From: Octopus vulgaris | Lineage: Eukaryota | Assembly (NCBI GenBank): GCA_951406725.2 | Contig: OX597829.1 | Span: forward strand, 30,132,001 to 30,196,000 | Direction of reading: 5' to 3' | DNA length: 64,000 nt | In this document: piece after piece, positions 27,090 to 40,450 of the stretch | Position numbering within the stretch: the stretch's first letter is position 1 | How the letters are laid out: every line of letters starts with the position of its first letter | The notes under the pieces: generated by a model | What the model was told of the DNA's origin: nothing | The model's input: the letters and a program-made list of their open reading frames with translations, nothing else | The model's database searches: none | Program-made: the position numbers and the translations under genes

Positions 27090-27490
27090 TAACTGAGTTA
27101 AGGATATTCGAGAGTTTATTATGTTTTTTAAAGCCATATTATATCTTCATAGATAAATACATATTTCTATCTACTTTTTTTACTTTAAAAATAAATATTT
27201 AACATAATAAATGGGTTGTAGGAAATAATCCTAATGTTTTAAGTTTCTAATTTAGATAATGGAGGTTTTCTATAAGAAAAATTATTATTTTATTTATTTC
27301 TTAAATAAATATTGTTTAACTCTATTTGCTTATTTATTTAACCATTATCATTAACCTGAAGATTGACTATAATTTTAGTTCGAATTTATTTCAATTGAAT
27401 TTAAACTTAATTGTAATTCGAATTTAATTATAGTCATGAAACGTACGTAGTGTTTTTAGTTATAATATTATATTTATCATTCATTTCATA
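27090..27490 (+). mobile_element. PLE 3' end (GIY-YIG C-terminus, AT-rich tail, hammerhead motif)
   Basis: TELRIFESLLCFLKP at ~27092-27136 resembles the GIY-YIG C-terminal ESLLI..LKP motif; followed by the hammerhead motif. Confidence 0.55.
27353..27452 (+). ncRNA. Hammerhead ribozyme motif with extended stem II at the 3' end of a PLE fragment
   Basis: CTGAAGA (27356-62) T TGACTATAATT...AATTATAGTCA T GAAAC GTAC GTA GTG; 11-bp perfect stem II, weak stem I (AAC/GTG). Confidence 0.65.
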
Positions 27491-27578
27491 CTTTTTGAAA
27501 AAAAAAAAATTTATATATATATATACATACATATATGTATGTGTGTGCATGTGTGTGGGTGGGATGTGTGTGCATATG

Positions 27579-27610
<32 letters not shown>

Positions 27611-27790
27611 AAATACAGTGTACATTTAAACACATTAAGAGATGTCCATCATAGGACTCCCTTACGCTAAAAGGAACAGCTAAAGTTCAAACCACTAATC
27701 AAGGATAAAATTTCGAAGAGAATGAAAATTAAAAACCTTTACCATCTATTTTCTGGACCAGGAAATAGATGGTAAACATTTTTATATGTA

Positions 27791-27834
<44 letters not shown>

Positions 27835-27840
27835 TATATA

Positions 27841-28386
27841 TGTAGCATATCTGATATCCTCACTGTTTGAGAAACACAAGAATGATCTCGTTTGAGATTA
27901 CAGTCATTTTTGGCTGGTTCGACCCTGTTGTGTCCACTTGGTTGTGTTGTTGATGTGTACATGCTGTTGACGGTGGAATGGTGACAATGGTGATGACGGC
28001 AGCAGAGATAGAAAACGTTCCGTCTGTCGCTGGTATATAATAGCGTTGTAGTGGCTGGCTGTCATCTGTCGCTGGAACTGGAACATGGCTGAGTAGCTCT
28101 GTGGTCAGTGACTAGACCTTAAAAGGTCTGGAGTTGAAAGATGAAGAATAGTGAAAATTGGCCTTTTTATGGAGTTAAAATGGCTCAAAGAAGCAGGCCT
28201 TATCCAAAGGCCGTGATTGGCTAGCTTAACACAGTGGCGCAAAATAAGTAGAGAGACAAACTGCGCCACATGCCAACCAATCAGACCAGTACACAACAGG
28301 GTTGAACCAGCCAAAGATGGCTGTAATCTCAAACGAGATCATTCTTGTTGTGTTTCTCAAGCAGTGAGGATATCAGATATGCTACA
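27841..28386. mobile_element. 546-bp element with ~95-100-bp TGT...ACA terminal inverted repeats
   Basis: tgtagcatatctgatatcctcactg...accctgttgtgt versus acacaacagggtt...cagtgaggatatcagatatgctaca; interior related to 53653-53950. Confidence 0.85.
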
Positions 28387-28402
28387 CACACATATATATA
28401 TA

Positions 28403-28789
28403 TACTAGCAGTATCGCCCGGCGTTGCTCAGGTTTGTAAGGGAAATAACTATAAAACATTTTTAGAGAGTTATAGCCAAAAAATAGCAAAAAAATGGGAA
28501 AAAAATGATGGTAAATTTTTTTTGAGAGTTAAAAAAGGTGGAGTTGCGTCCCCTAGACGGTCTGTGGTTTGGGTTTCTGATTCTCGACCCCATGTCGAAT
28601 TTATCGATTTTTTCAGAACTGGGGGAACTTTTCAAAATTTTCGCTGCGTTAGTTTTGAATTATGACATTGGGCTATGCGTGTGTCAAGTTTCATCAGAAT
28701 CGGTTGAAAGCCGTGGTCAGGGTGAGGGTACGAGAAAACAGACACACAGAAACACGCACAGACAAACTGCCGTTTATATAGAGAGAGAT
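28403..28789 (+). mobile_element. Non-autonomous Helitron/Helentron-like element
   Basis: 5' ACTAGC..CCCGGCGTTGCTCAGG hairpin, AAGTTTCATCAGAATCGG core, ACAGAC repeats, TTTATATA..AGAT end. Confidence 0.6.
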
Positions 28790-28849
28790 ATATATGCATA
28801 GATATATACATGCATAGATATAACTGTTGGTATCTACCCTATCAAGTGT

Positions 28850-29193
28850 ACTCAAGCCTTATCGAACCTGAATTTCCATAAGGCAAAATGTGAATTGATC
28901 CGCAAAGAAATCCACAAATGAAACTAGTCCAACATTCTGTGTATGCAAGACATTGATCTGAAACTGAGCCAGTTTATGTCAACAGTGCAAGCTATATGCA
29001 CTAGATATGTCCCAGAAAGAAAGGCCACCACACTGTGAAAGAAGATTCTCAGGGACAGAAAAATCCTCATGAGATGTAGGTCGAAGATCTCAAAGCAGCT
29101 GAATAGACAACCGACAGATAGAGAGAAGTCCGTCTTAAGACAGACACTCCTAGAAATTGAAAGCAAGATCAAACTTTCTCGTTAAAGGGAAAG

Positions 29194-29260
<67 letters not shown>

Positions 29261-29803
29261 GCTGTGGAAAGTATAAAAATAAATCCCAAAGCTTTGTATA
29301 GATTCGCAAAGGAAACAGCTACAATACAATATAAAATAGGACCATTGTTCCAAGTGAATGACTCATTGACAGCAGACTCAGTAAAAATAAGTGAGATACT
29401 CAGTGAATAATTTAAAAGTGTCTTCATTTCCCCCCTTGGACACATGCAGATAAAAAAATCCAGCTGAATTTTTGATATTGCAGCTCTGAAAAAGGAGGTG
29501 CCAGCCATTGATTACATCAACATTGAGGAAACAGATGTAACAGCAGCCATTGATGAAATGAGTTCATGCTCTGTCACTGATCCTGAAGGCTTCCCAGCTA
29601 TTCTCCTAAAGTCACATAAGCTGGCTTTAGCGAAACCACTTCAGATACTTTTCCAAAGTTTCCTTGCATGTGGTATACTTCCTAAAAAGCTGAAAGAAGG
29701 TATTATATGCCCTATCCACAAAGGTGGAAGCAGAGCAGAAGCCCCAAACTACAGGCCAATCTCTCTGACTTCGCATATCAGTAAAGTCATGGAGCAAATC
29801 CTC
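28850..29803 (+). mobile_element. CR1/Jockey-group LINE ORF2 fragment, copy A
   Basis: [28 protein letters not shown]; truncated at a (TA)n tract. Confidence 0.9.
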
Positions 29804-29878
29804 ATATGTATATATATATATACACACACATATATATATTTATATGTGTGTGTGTGTGTGTGTATGTATATGTATTTA

Positions 29879-30026
<148 letters not shown>

Positions 30027-31108
30027 ATCCAAACATGAAAACACAAAGAGAAAACACAACAACGTGGGGACGTGGAACAAATATAGTATTATTGGACGCT
30101 CAGGAAAAAAGAAAAGAAGGAGGGTTTAACTTTTTGAGCGGTGCTGTTTGGCAGAAACATAGGAAAAGTAAAGATCCTAAGAAGGGAAGATGGAGGAAAA
30201 AAAATCGCCAATAGTACACACGCGAGCCATCATAGGACTACCTACATGTTAGAGAGGACAGTTAAATTCTGAACCACTACTAGAGATAAAAATCAAAGCA
30301 TGTAGGTAGTCTTATGATGGCTACCTCTTATGTGTTTAGATGTACACTGTATTTATATGAATAATATATAGTCTATTGACTGAACTTTTACACGCTGGAA
30401 ATCTCTAATATTTCGATTACACTTTGATAATATTAATTATATATATATAATGCCAGCCACTCAAAGAGTGTAGCAGGTACTTTTACATGCCACCGGCATG
30501 AGGGCCAGTGAAGCAGTACTGGCAATGGCCATGCTGAAAAGGTGTTTTTTATGTGCCACCTGCACGAGAGCCTGTCCTGCAGCACTGGCAATGACCATGC
30601 TCAAATGTTGTTTTTCACGTGCCACCAGCACATGTGCCAGTATGGTGACTCTGACAATAATCATGCTCGAATGGTGCTTTTTACGTGCTACTGGCACAGG
30701 AGCCAGTCAGTGGCCCTGGCAGTGATCATGCTTGGATGGTGCTTTTAATGTTTCACTGGCACAAATGCCAATCAGGTGCTATTATCACCGGTACAGGAGC
30801 TGGTAACATGTAAAAGCAGACGTTTTTGGGCTTCACCGAGGAAATGACTTGTGACCAAGACTTTTGGAAATATGCTGTGCGTGAGAAGACTCAGCAAGCC
30901 AAATGAGACCATAACCCTTGCTAGCATGGAAAGCGGATGTTAAGTGATAATGATGATGATATATACACATGTATGTGTGTGTATATATATATATATGTAT
31001 ATGATGTATTTGTGTGTGTATGTCTATATACATATGTGTTTAGTGTGTGTATGTATATATATATTATGTATATATACATACATATACATACATACTTATA
31101 TATACATA

Positions 31109-32262
31109 CAGGCTGTGGATGGTATTTGAGGACAAATGCATTTTTAGTCATTGTATTCTTTGACTAAATTGTATTGAACTTCTATTTCAGAAAATAACAG
31201 TAGCAGGTGCTATGTGTACAAATGCAATGAAAAGACATGTTGTGATTGTGGCTTTGAAGGCTAAGCATGGTGATTTAGAAATTTCTTGTTTTCTGAAATT
31301 TGCAAGATCTTTTTTCCACAAGATTTGGTGTGAGTTAGGTAAAGAAGATGGAAGTATATTACCTGTATCAAAATGTAAAAAACATCCCAAATGCTCTGAT
31401 TCTATCAGGACACCTGAATTTATTCAGGAAGGTAAGCAAACCATTGAAGACAACTCAAGAAAATCAATGAGGTCAATTGCAAAAAAATTTCGTGTGTCAG
31501 AAAAACAATCAGAAATGTTGTGCATGAAGACATGAGTTACAAATCTTACGTGATGAGGAGAGGTCAAGTCATGTCAGGAAAAAAAAACAAAAAAAAAAAA
31601 CAGGAACTCATTTAATCATATCCAAAAGACTTTTGAACAAACTCAACAATACATCAGGGGATGGTGTCATTTGGTTTTTCTCAGATGAGAAAATCTTTGG
31701 CCAGGACCAGAAAACTAACAGAAGAAATGACAGATGGCTATGTGCAAACCCTTCTGAGGTTCCATGAATATTGTACTCAAAATTTCCTGCAAGTGTCATG
31801 GTTTTGGATGTTGTTAGCAACGAAGAACAAATGACGCCTCCTCACTTTTTTCCACAAGGCCTTAAGGTGAATGCTGCCATGTATGTTGAGGTTCTAGATG
31901 AAGTTAAGCCTTGGATCAACAGTGTAAGCAATGGAAGGCTTTATGTCTTTCAACAAGATTCTGCACCATCGCACAAGGCTCAAATGATGCAAGGATGGAT
32001 GCCTGACAATTTGCATGATCACATCACCCCAACATTTGGCCTCCTAATTCTCCAGTTCCCAGTCCACTGAACTACCATGTATGGGGCATTGTTGAGAGAA
32101 ATATCAATGAATGCCGACCCCCCAGCATGAGTCATGTCTGATATGAACAAGAACCACTTAATAGAAAGAGTTATTGATGTTTCTGGTGGTTTTATTGGAT
32201 GAAATTATTAAATTGATCATTTAGCTTTATGTTTATGCTATTATTATGCACTCCTGCACCTG
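31109..32262 (+). mobile_element. Tc1/mariner (maT/DD37D-like) transposon, decayed
   Basis: FFSDEKIF, KFPASVMVL..VS..G..PPHFFPQGLKVNA, YVFQQDSAPSH, WPPNSP; TA-flanked CAGG...CCTG ends. Confidence 0.85.
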
Positions 32263-32449
32263 TATATATATATTTTGAGGAACCAATTGAGATGGTGTGG
32301 CCATATTGTTCGAATGGCAGATGAATGCATGCCGAAACAGCTGTTTTATGGTGATCTTGCAGAGGGGAAATGCTATTAGCGTAAACCTAAAAGAAGGTTT
32401 AAGGATCACATAAGGACTACTATGAAGTCACTTGGAATAGTTCCAGAAG

Positions 32450-32480
<31 letters not shown>

Positions 32481-32543
32481 GGTCCCGGGTTGATTCGGGG
32501 TTAACCACAGTAAATAAGGTACTCAATACATAGCAGAGTAAAA

Positions 32544-32638
32544 ATAATTTATTATATAGAAGGAGCTTCTACAGGACTAGAACTCTTTCAATGAAACAGT
32601 TCTAGTCCTGTAGAAGCTCCTTCTATATAATAAATTAT
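32544..32638. repeat. Near-perfect palindrome, 47-bp arms, 1-nt centre
   Basis: ataatttattatatagaaggagcttctacaggactagaactctttca-a-tgaaacagttctagtcctgtagaagctccttctatataataaattat; one mismatch. Confidence 0.95.
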
Positions 32639-33016
32639 ATATATATATATATATATGTATGTATATAAACACACATATATATATAAATGTGGAGGCGCAT
32701 TGGCTCAGTGGTTAGGGCAGTGGACTCACGGTCGGAGGATCGTGGTTTCGATTTCCAGATTGGGTGTTGTGCATGTTTATTGACCGAAAACATCTAAAGC
32801 CCATGAGTATCTGGCAGAGGGTGGTGGCGACCCCTGTTGTACTCTTTCGGCCAACTTTCTCTTACTCATACTTCCTGTATCTTGAGTAACGCTGCGATGG
32901 ACTGGCATCCCGTCCAGCTGGGGGGAATACATATGCCACAGAAACTGGGAAACCAGGCCCATGAGCCTGGCTAGGCTTGAAAAGGGCACATAAATAAATA
33001 ATATATATAAACACAT

Positions 33017-33062
<46 letters not shown>

Positions 33063-33785
33063 TCTTCTAATTTTTGCTCTTTTACTTTTCTGCTCATTGG
33101 ACAACATTCATGCTCGCACACCATCTTTGAAGGGTTTTACTTAAACAAGTCAGCCTCACTTGACTTATTTTTCCTACTAATGTGCAGTACTTATAAGATC
33201 AGCCATTTTTTGCCAAACTACTAAATTATGGGTATGCAAGCAAACAGTAATGGTTGTCAAGTAATAAGGGGACAAACATAAACACACTGATTAATGCGTA
33301 AATACAAATATGCACATGCACACATGTGTGGGTGTGAGTATGTGTGAGAGTGAGTGTATATCTGTGTGTAACTGCATTTGTGTATGTACAAAGAAGGAGA
33401 GTGAGTGAAAGGGAAAGAGAGAGAGAGAGAGAGAGAGAGTAAGAGAGAAAGTGAGAGCATGGTAGAGGGAGATGTTTGCTTTAATGTGTTAGCAGAATGG
33501 AGAATTCACAGTTAGACTTAACCATTCCACCACCTTAAAAAATCAACCAAAAAACGAAACAAAATAAAATAAAATGAATAAATGAAAGCAAAAGTAAAAG
33601 GAAGACAAGGAAAAGGAAAACATTGAAAATGTCAAAAATCAATGAAATCAAAAAGAATATAAATTGGAAAAAGAAAAGAGGTAAAAGGTAGATCAAAAAA
33701 GGAAAAGGAAAGCAAAAAATAAAAAAGAAATAAAATGAAGCTTAAACAAAAAAAAAAAGGTAAAAAAAAGAAACAAATTTCTCAC

Positions 33786-33828
33786 CTGTTTTGAAACAGA
33801 GGAGAAGAATGACAATCCATAGTTCCAT
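33786..33828 (-). CDS. AMN: Amnionless coding exon 1 (signal peptide MELWIVILLLCFKT)
   Basis: ATG at 33828-33826, hydrophobic N-terminus, donor CAG|gtgag; 43 nt, phase 1, matching the next exon. A pyrimidine-rich acceptor (ttccttacag|) just upstream suggests the exon starts at 33862 with a non-coding exon further right. Confidence 0.8.
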
Positions 33829-34211
33829 AGTTTTAATTCTTGAAGAGTAACAATTCTAATTTCTGTAAGGAATATAATGAGGATCTAGAGTAATGTTTGA
33901 CAAGTTGAATATTTTTCTCCTCACAAGGTATGAAAGAGATTTATGGTACTTTCCACTTTCCTTCACTGTCTCTGTCTGTCTTTCTCTTACTCTTTCTCTC
34001 TCCTCCCCTGTAACCCACTCTATAGTTCTCTTTCGCATACACACTATTTCTCTCATCCCCCCCTCTCTCTCTCCCTGTCTTTTTTCTGTTACTTTATCTT
34101 AATTTCTCCTTCCCTGTTTCATTCTTTTCACTTTTCCTTTCTATTGTTGGCCTGACAAATTAGGTACCACAAAATACTGTACACATACATGCATACACAC
34201 ATGCATATATA

Positions 34212-34249
<38 letters not shown>

Positions 34250-34473
34250 CTTATATATATATATATGTATTTATGTATATGTCTGTCTGTCTGTGCGTGT
34301 GTGTATATATACATATACATATATATGTATATGTGTGTGTATATCTATCTATCTACTTATCTATCCACCAATCTACTTATCTATCTATCTATCTAGCTTA
34401 TATATGAATATATATATATGTGTATAAATACATATATATGTGTGTGTGTATATATACATATATATGTGTGTGT

Positions 34474-34511
<38 letters not shown>

Positions 34512-34614
34512 GTGTGTGTGTGTGTGAATAATTGTATGTATGTGTGTATATGTGCATGTATATACATACACACACACACACGCACACACACATGTTTATA
34601 TATGTATATATGTA

Positions 34615-34692
<78 letters not shown>

Positions 34693-35285
34693 TATATTCA
34701 CATACATGTGTAAGTATGCATGTATACATGTATACGAGTATTTATGTAGAAACTTCACTGTGATAACAGTTATAATCACCTTTGTTTAATGTTGTAGCAT
34801 TGTCAACTGAATTAAGCAAAATCATTGTTATATAGACTATGAAAAGATTTGTGTTAAATTGGTGGCAAGTTGAGTAAGTAAAGAATTGTTTTTGTTTTGT
34901 TTTGTTTTTTCTGGGGGAATTTAGTTGTTTGACTTTGGAAAGCAGAAATGAACTGTTAAGTAGACACATGAGCATACCCACTTGTGTACACACACATACA
35001 CACACATATACATACACACATGTACATACATACATACACATACATATATACATGCATGCATGCATACATACATACATACATACATTGCATGCATACATAC
35101 ATATGTTTACACACACACACACAAATACACATAGATAGATAGATAGATAGAAAGGAAGATAGGTAGATAAATCGATAGATAGATAGATAGAGTGATAGAT
35201 AGATAGATAGATAGATAGATAGTTAGCTAGATAGATAGAGTGATAGATAGATAGATAGATAGATAGTTAGCTAGATAGATAGAGT

Positions 35286-35354
<69 letters not shown>

Positions 35355-36584
35355 ACAGACAGACAGACAGATAGATAGAAAGGAAGATAGATAGATAAAC
35401 TCACAGAAAGGTAGACAGATAGACAAAAAGATAGATTGGTAGATAGGTAAGGAAATGGATAGCTAGAAAGATATAAATATATGTACAAGTTGAAACTTGC
35501 TGACACACTGTTCTTTGCAATCTGTAATAAGAATTGTGTGGCAAAGATAGAGTCTGCATTGCTTTTTTTTTTCTCTTCCAGTCAGTTTATTATTTTGTTA
35601 TTATTGTTGGAACTGTTGTTGTTTCTGTGGACACAACTCAGCTCTTAATAAATTAACACTCAAACTCAAAATTAATTAGAGTTTACTTATCAAAATTTTT
35701 TCCCCACCGACACCTACTCTCTACCACCCTGTGTCCACTCACCCCCACCCCGTCCCTCTATTTTCTACCTTCCAAATTGGTGGTCATATGATTCTTTTTC
35801 ATAGTCCCTGGGGACAGACCATTAATTTATACTTTACAAACTAACAGATTCTACACCCCCCCCGCCTCACACTCATTTGCGATAATATACCACCTACACC
35901 TGTCCATCCCCATCACTGAACTACATTTTTAGCTGTATGTCTTCCTCTCAAGTTCTCACCCCACCACCACCATATCGTAGTAATCTACCACCTTCAGGTG
36001 ACTGCCACTGACAAGTTCATTCTGGTCTTTTTAGTGTTAGGAAGAAAAAAATGTACATTACATTTATGATGATGGTAGGATGTTGGCGGTGGCGGTGCTG
36101 GTGCTGGTGTTGGTGATGGCATTCATGGTCGTAATGATGGGGGGGGGGGATAGTGGTAGTAGTGGTGGTGGTGGTCTTGTTGTTGTTGTGGTGGCGGCGG
36201 TGGTGGTGATAATAGTGATGATAATGGTGTTGTTGGTGGCGGTAATGGTGGTGGTGGTGAGTATCTGCCGTGATGGTGTTGATGTTGCTGTTAATGTTGT
36301 TGGTGGTGATGGTGACCGATGGTGATACTTGGTGATGTTGGTGACGGTGGTGGTGTTGGCAGTGGTGGTAGCAGTGTTGGTGGTGGTGGTGATGGTGATG
36401 ATGATGATGATGATGACACTTGGTGATGTTGGTGTTGGTGACTGTGGTGGTGTTGGCAGTGGTGGTAGCTGTGTTGGTGGTGGTGATGGCGGTGATGATG
36501 ACAATACCGACAAAGATGATGAGCAGAGTGATGACAACACTGATGACTACAACAATGATGATGACAGCAGTGATGCTCTGAAAG

Positions 36585-37105
36585 TGTAGCTGCTAGAATA
36601 AGAATAGCCTGGGCAAAGTTCAAAGAGCTCCTACCTCTGTTGGTGACAAAGGGCATCTCACTCAGAGTAAAAGGTAGACTGTATGGCACGTGTGTGAACA
36701 GCCATGTTACATGGCAGTGAAACATGGGCTGTGACTACTGAGGACATGTGTAAGCTTGCAAGAAATGAAGCCAGTATGATCCGCTGGATGTGTAATGTCA
36801 GTGTGCATACATGACAGGATGTAAGCTCCCTGAAAGAAAAGTTTGACCTAAGAAGCATCAGATGCAGTGTGCTAGAGAGATGACTACACTGGTATGGTCA
36901 CGTGTTGCGAATGAATGAGGACAGCTGTGTGAAAAAGTGTCTCACCCTAGCAGTAGAGGGAACTTGTAGAAGAGGTAGACCCAGGAAGACCTGAGATGAG
37001 GTGGTGAAGCATGACTTTTGAACATTCGGCCTCACTGAGGCAATGACAAGTGACTGAGACCTTTGGAGATATGCTGTGCTTGATACAACTCGACAAGCCA
37101 AGTGA
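36585..37105 (+). mobile_element. RTE-type LINE 3' fragment
   Basis: RIRIAWAKFKELLPLL...LHGSETW...WYGHVLRM...RGRPRKT; shorter pieces of the same family at ~23690-24090 and ~58145-58300. Confidence 0.85.
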
Positions 37106-37357
37106 GACCATAACCCATGGTCTATGCCAGTGGTATATAACCCGCCCATTTAAGAGTACCCTTCATTCATTGGACAATGAACTTTGTTTGCAAAGACCTG
37201 TTGAGGCATGTAAAATCAAAATCGCTGACATGGCCGATGACAGTGTCACTTGATTGGCACTCATGCCAGTGAAACATTGAAAGCACCATCCGAGTATGAT
37301 CATTGCCAGGGCCACTGACTGACTCCCGTGCTGGTGGCACGTAAAAAGCACCGTTCG

Positions 37358-38809
37358 AGCCAGTTGTCTGCACTTTGCTGCCATCTTGCTTATGTGCATA
37401 TGAAATGATGCATCATTGCACATGCTGATCCCCAAGTCTTTCACTGCCAGTGACTCTGGGATTGTAGTGCCTTCGGCTTTTGTAAATGTACTTTGTACTG
37501 TATTTGTACTGAGTTTATATTGCAGCACTTTAAATTTTCCAGCATTAAACTGCATGTTGTTTCTTTCAGCCCACTTGTACACAGAGTTCAGGTACCCCTG
37601 TAAGCTTGTAACATCCTCTTGGTTCTTTACTGCCTGTGATAAGTTTGTGTCATCGGCATAGCTTGTGACAGTGGCTGTCCAAGTGACTGTGGGCATGTCT
37701 AAGAGGGCTATTATGAACAGCAATGGCCCCAGAACAGTTCCCTGGGGGACACCACTTAGGATCTGAGTTTCCTCAGAAAGGGTGCCATTGGCTGCAACTA
37801 CCTAATTTCTGTTTTTAAGGAAGTCATGCAGCCACTCTCCCAGTTTACCAGCAATGCCAAGGTCTCATAGCTTATGACTTATTATGCCATGATCTACCTT
37901 ATCAAATGCCTTTACAAAGTTAAGGTATATCACACTGACATCTGAAAGCAGCTGTTTCAAAACCCAGTCATAGTGCCAAAGGAGCTGTGTGAGGCAGCTT
38001 CTTCCTGGGCGGAAGCCATGCTGAGTATTGTTCAGTAGGTCATTTTCTTCTAGGAACATTATCAACTTCGTTCTGATGATTTGCCCCATTACTTTACTGA
38101 TATGCGAAGTCAGAGAGATTGGCCTGTAGTTTGGGGCTTCTGCTCTACTTCCACCTTTGTGGATAGGGCATACAATACCTTCTTTCAGCTTTTTAGGAAG
38201 TATACCACATGCAAGGAAACTTTGGAAAAGTATCTGAAGTGGTTTCGCTAAAGCCAGCTTATGTGACTTTAGGAGAATAGCTGGGAAGCCTTCAGGATCA
38301 GTGACAGAGCATGAACTCATTTCATCAATGGCTGCTGTTACATCTGTTTCCTCAATGTTGATGTAATCAATGGCTGGCACCTCCTTTTTCAGAGCTGCAA
38401 TATCAAAGAATTCAGCTGGATTTTTTTCATCTACATGTGTCCAAGGGGGGAAATGAAGACACTTTTAAATTGTTCATTGAGTATTCGCTTATTTTTACTG
38501 AGTCTGCTGTCAGTGAGTCATTCCCTTGGAACAATGGTCCTATTTTATATTGTATTGTAGCTGTTTCCTTTGCGAATCTATACAAAGCTTTGGGATTTAT
38601 TTTTATACTTTCCACAGCCCTTCTCTCTCTCTCTGTTCTTTCCCTTCCATGAGACAGTTTGATCTTGCTTTCAATTTCTAGGAGTGTCTGTCTTAAGACA
38701 CACTTCTCTCTATCTGTCAGTTGTCTATTCAGCTGCTTTGAGATCTTCGACCTACGTCACATGAGGATTTTTCTAGCCCTAGGAATCTTCTTTGACAGTG
38801 TGCTGGCCT
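37358..38809 (-). mobile_element. CR1/Jockey-group LINE ORF2 fragment, copy B (inverted near-duplicate of copy A plus RT core)
   Basis: [10 protein letters not shown]...QHGFRPGRSCLTQL...KAFDKVDH, GVPQGTVLGPLLF, YADDT. Confidence 0.9.
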
Positions 38810-38812
38810 ACT

Positions 38813-38849
<37 letters not shown>

Positions 38850-39083
38850 CCCCCCCCCCACACACACACAAGTATATCTTACAATCATGTAAAAATCAAG
38901 TATATGATTGATATATATACTATTTCATATTTATAACGTATAATTTATAAATTTTAATTCTTAATATTACAAAGTATAATTTTTATTCTTAATTTTTAAT
39001 TCATAATTTTTAATCTTTAATGCTAAATGGTATTGCTTATTTTCAAAGGGATGTAAAATTAGATATATAATATTTTGAAATAG

Positions 39084-39215
39084 AACCTGAAGATGTGTTG
39101 GAATAATTGTAAATCTGACGATTGCATATATATATTTATATATGTATATATATGGGGATACAGTCGTGTATATGTATATATATTGTAACCTTCCAATACT
39201 GAAACATGTGTAGTG
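39084..39215 (+). ncRNA. Hammerhead ribozyme motif with extended stem II
   Basis: AAC CTGAAGA T GTGTTGGAA...TTCCAATAC T GAAAC ATGT GTA GTG; same architecture as 27353-27452. Confidence 0.6.
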
Positions 39216-39474
39216 CCTTCATATTTAATAAATATAAGTATTAACTAAAGTATGATATAATTAATGAAGTACATTATATATCCAGCTGGAAATTTTGGTT
39301 ATATCCTTTAAGTATTATTTCATGATGTGCAAACTGATACCATGAGTTTACTATCAGATATACTCATTAGGTTATTTTTGTATTCTATGAAATAGAATAC
39401 CCGCATATCGATTAATCCCCTATAAAAGTGTATATATATATGTATGTGTGTATATCTATCTATCTATCTATCTA

Positions 39475-39516
<42 letters not shown>

Positions 39517-39517
39517 G

Positions 39518-39563
<46 letters not shown>

Positions 39564-39598
39564 ATACATATATATATGTATATATATATGTGTGTGTA

Positions 39599-39630
<32 letters not shown>

Positions 39631-39669
39631 TATGTGTATGTTAGTATATATGTTTGTATGTATGTTTGT

Positions 39670-40450
39670 TGAACCCCACCTCAGTCACTAATGATGACAT
39701 GATAATGTCTATTCCACAGCACACTGAAATAACAGAACTGTCTCGGGAGCCAACCTTCCTGGAAGTGGTAAACTTCATTAAACAGATCTCTTCTGGTAAA
39801 GCACTTGGCAGGGATGCTGTCCCTCCTGAAATCATGGTGGACAGAAGCTTTTTAAGAAACTGCATTACCTCTTCATAAATATTTGGATGGTAGGCCGTGT
39901 ACTACATGACTTCAAGGATGCCTCAATTCAACATCTTTATAAGAACAAAGGAAACAGGTGTGTCTGTGATAATCATTGTGGAATATTGCTTCCATCTATT
40001 GCTGGTAAGATTCTTGCTTGGTCCAGAATCACAGTGCAGATTTCACTCTGGTCGTGGCACTATCAACATGATCTTTTACCTTCTACAGGTCATTTAGAAG
40101 GTATGCGAGAAAAATCAAGAGTTGTTCATGCTATTCATTGACCTTACTAAGGCCCTTGATGCCGTTAACCAGCAAGCAATATGGAAAGTTCTGAAAAAGC
40201 TTGGTATACCTGACAAGATGTTGAATGTTATCATCTTCTTTCATGAGGAAATGAAGGCTGCTGTCATGTCTGGTGGAGAACCTTCAGCTTCCTTTGATGT
40301 TACAAATGGCAAAAAGCAAAGTTGTGTTATGGCCCCTGTTTTGTTTGCACTCTACTTTTCAGTGATGCTGAAGTATGCTTTTGGCGGCATACAAAGTGGA
40401 GTCAAATTCCAGTATTGAACATGTGGTGGACTATTCATTCATCAGTGTTT
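39670..40450 (+). mobile_element. RTE/BovB-like LINE RT fragment
   Basis: SGKALGRDAVPPE, LYKNKGNR..CDN..GI.L.SIAGKILA, FIDLTKALDAVN, NGKKQSCVMAPVLF. Confidence 0.85.

Noticed and set aside
26140-27350. Very AT-rich block resembling mitochondrial DNA (NUMT)
   Set aside because: No recognisable mt rRNA, tRNA or protein motif; better explained as PLE-tail and fold-back sequence.
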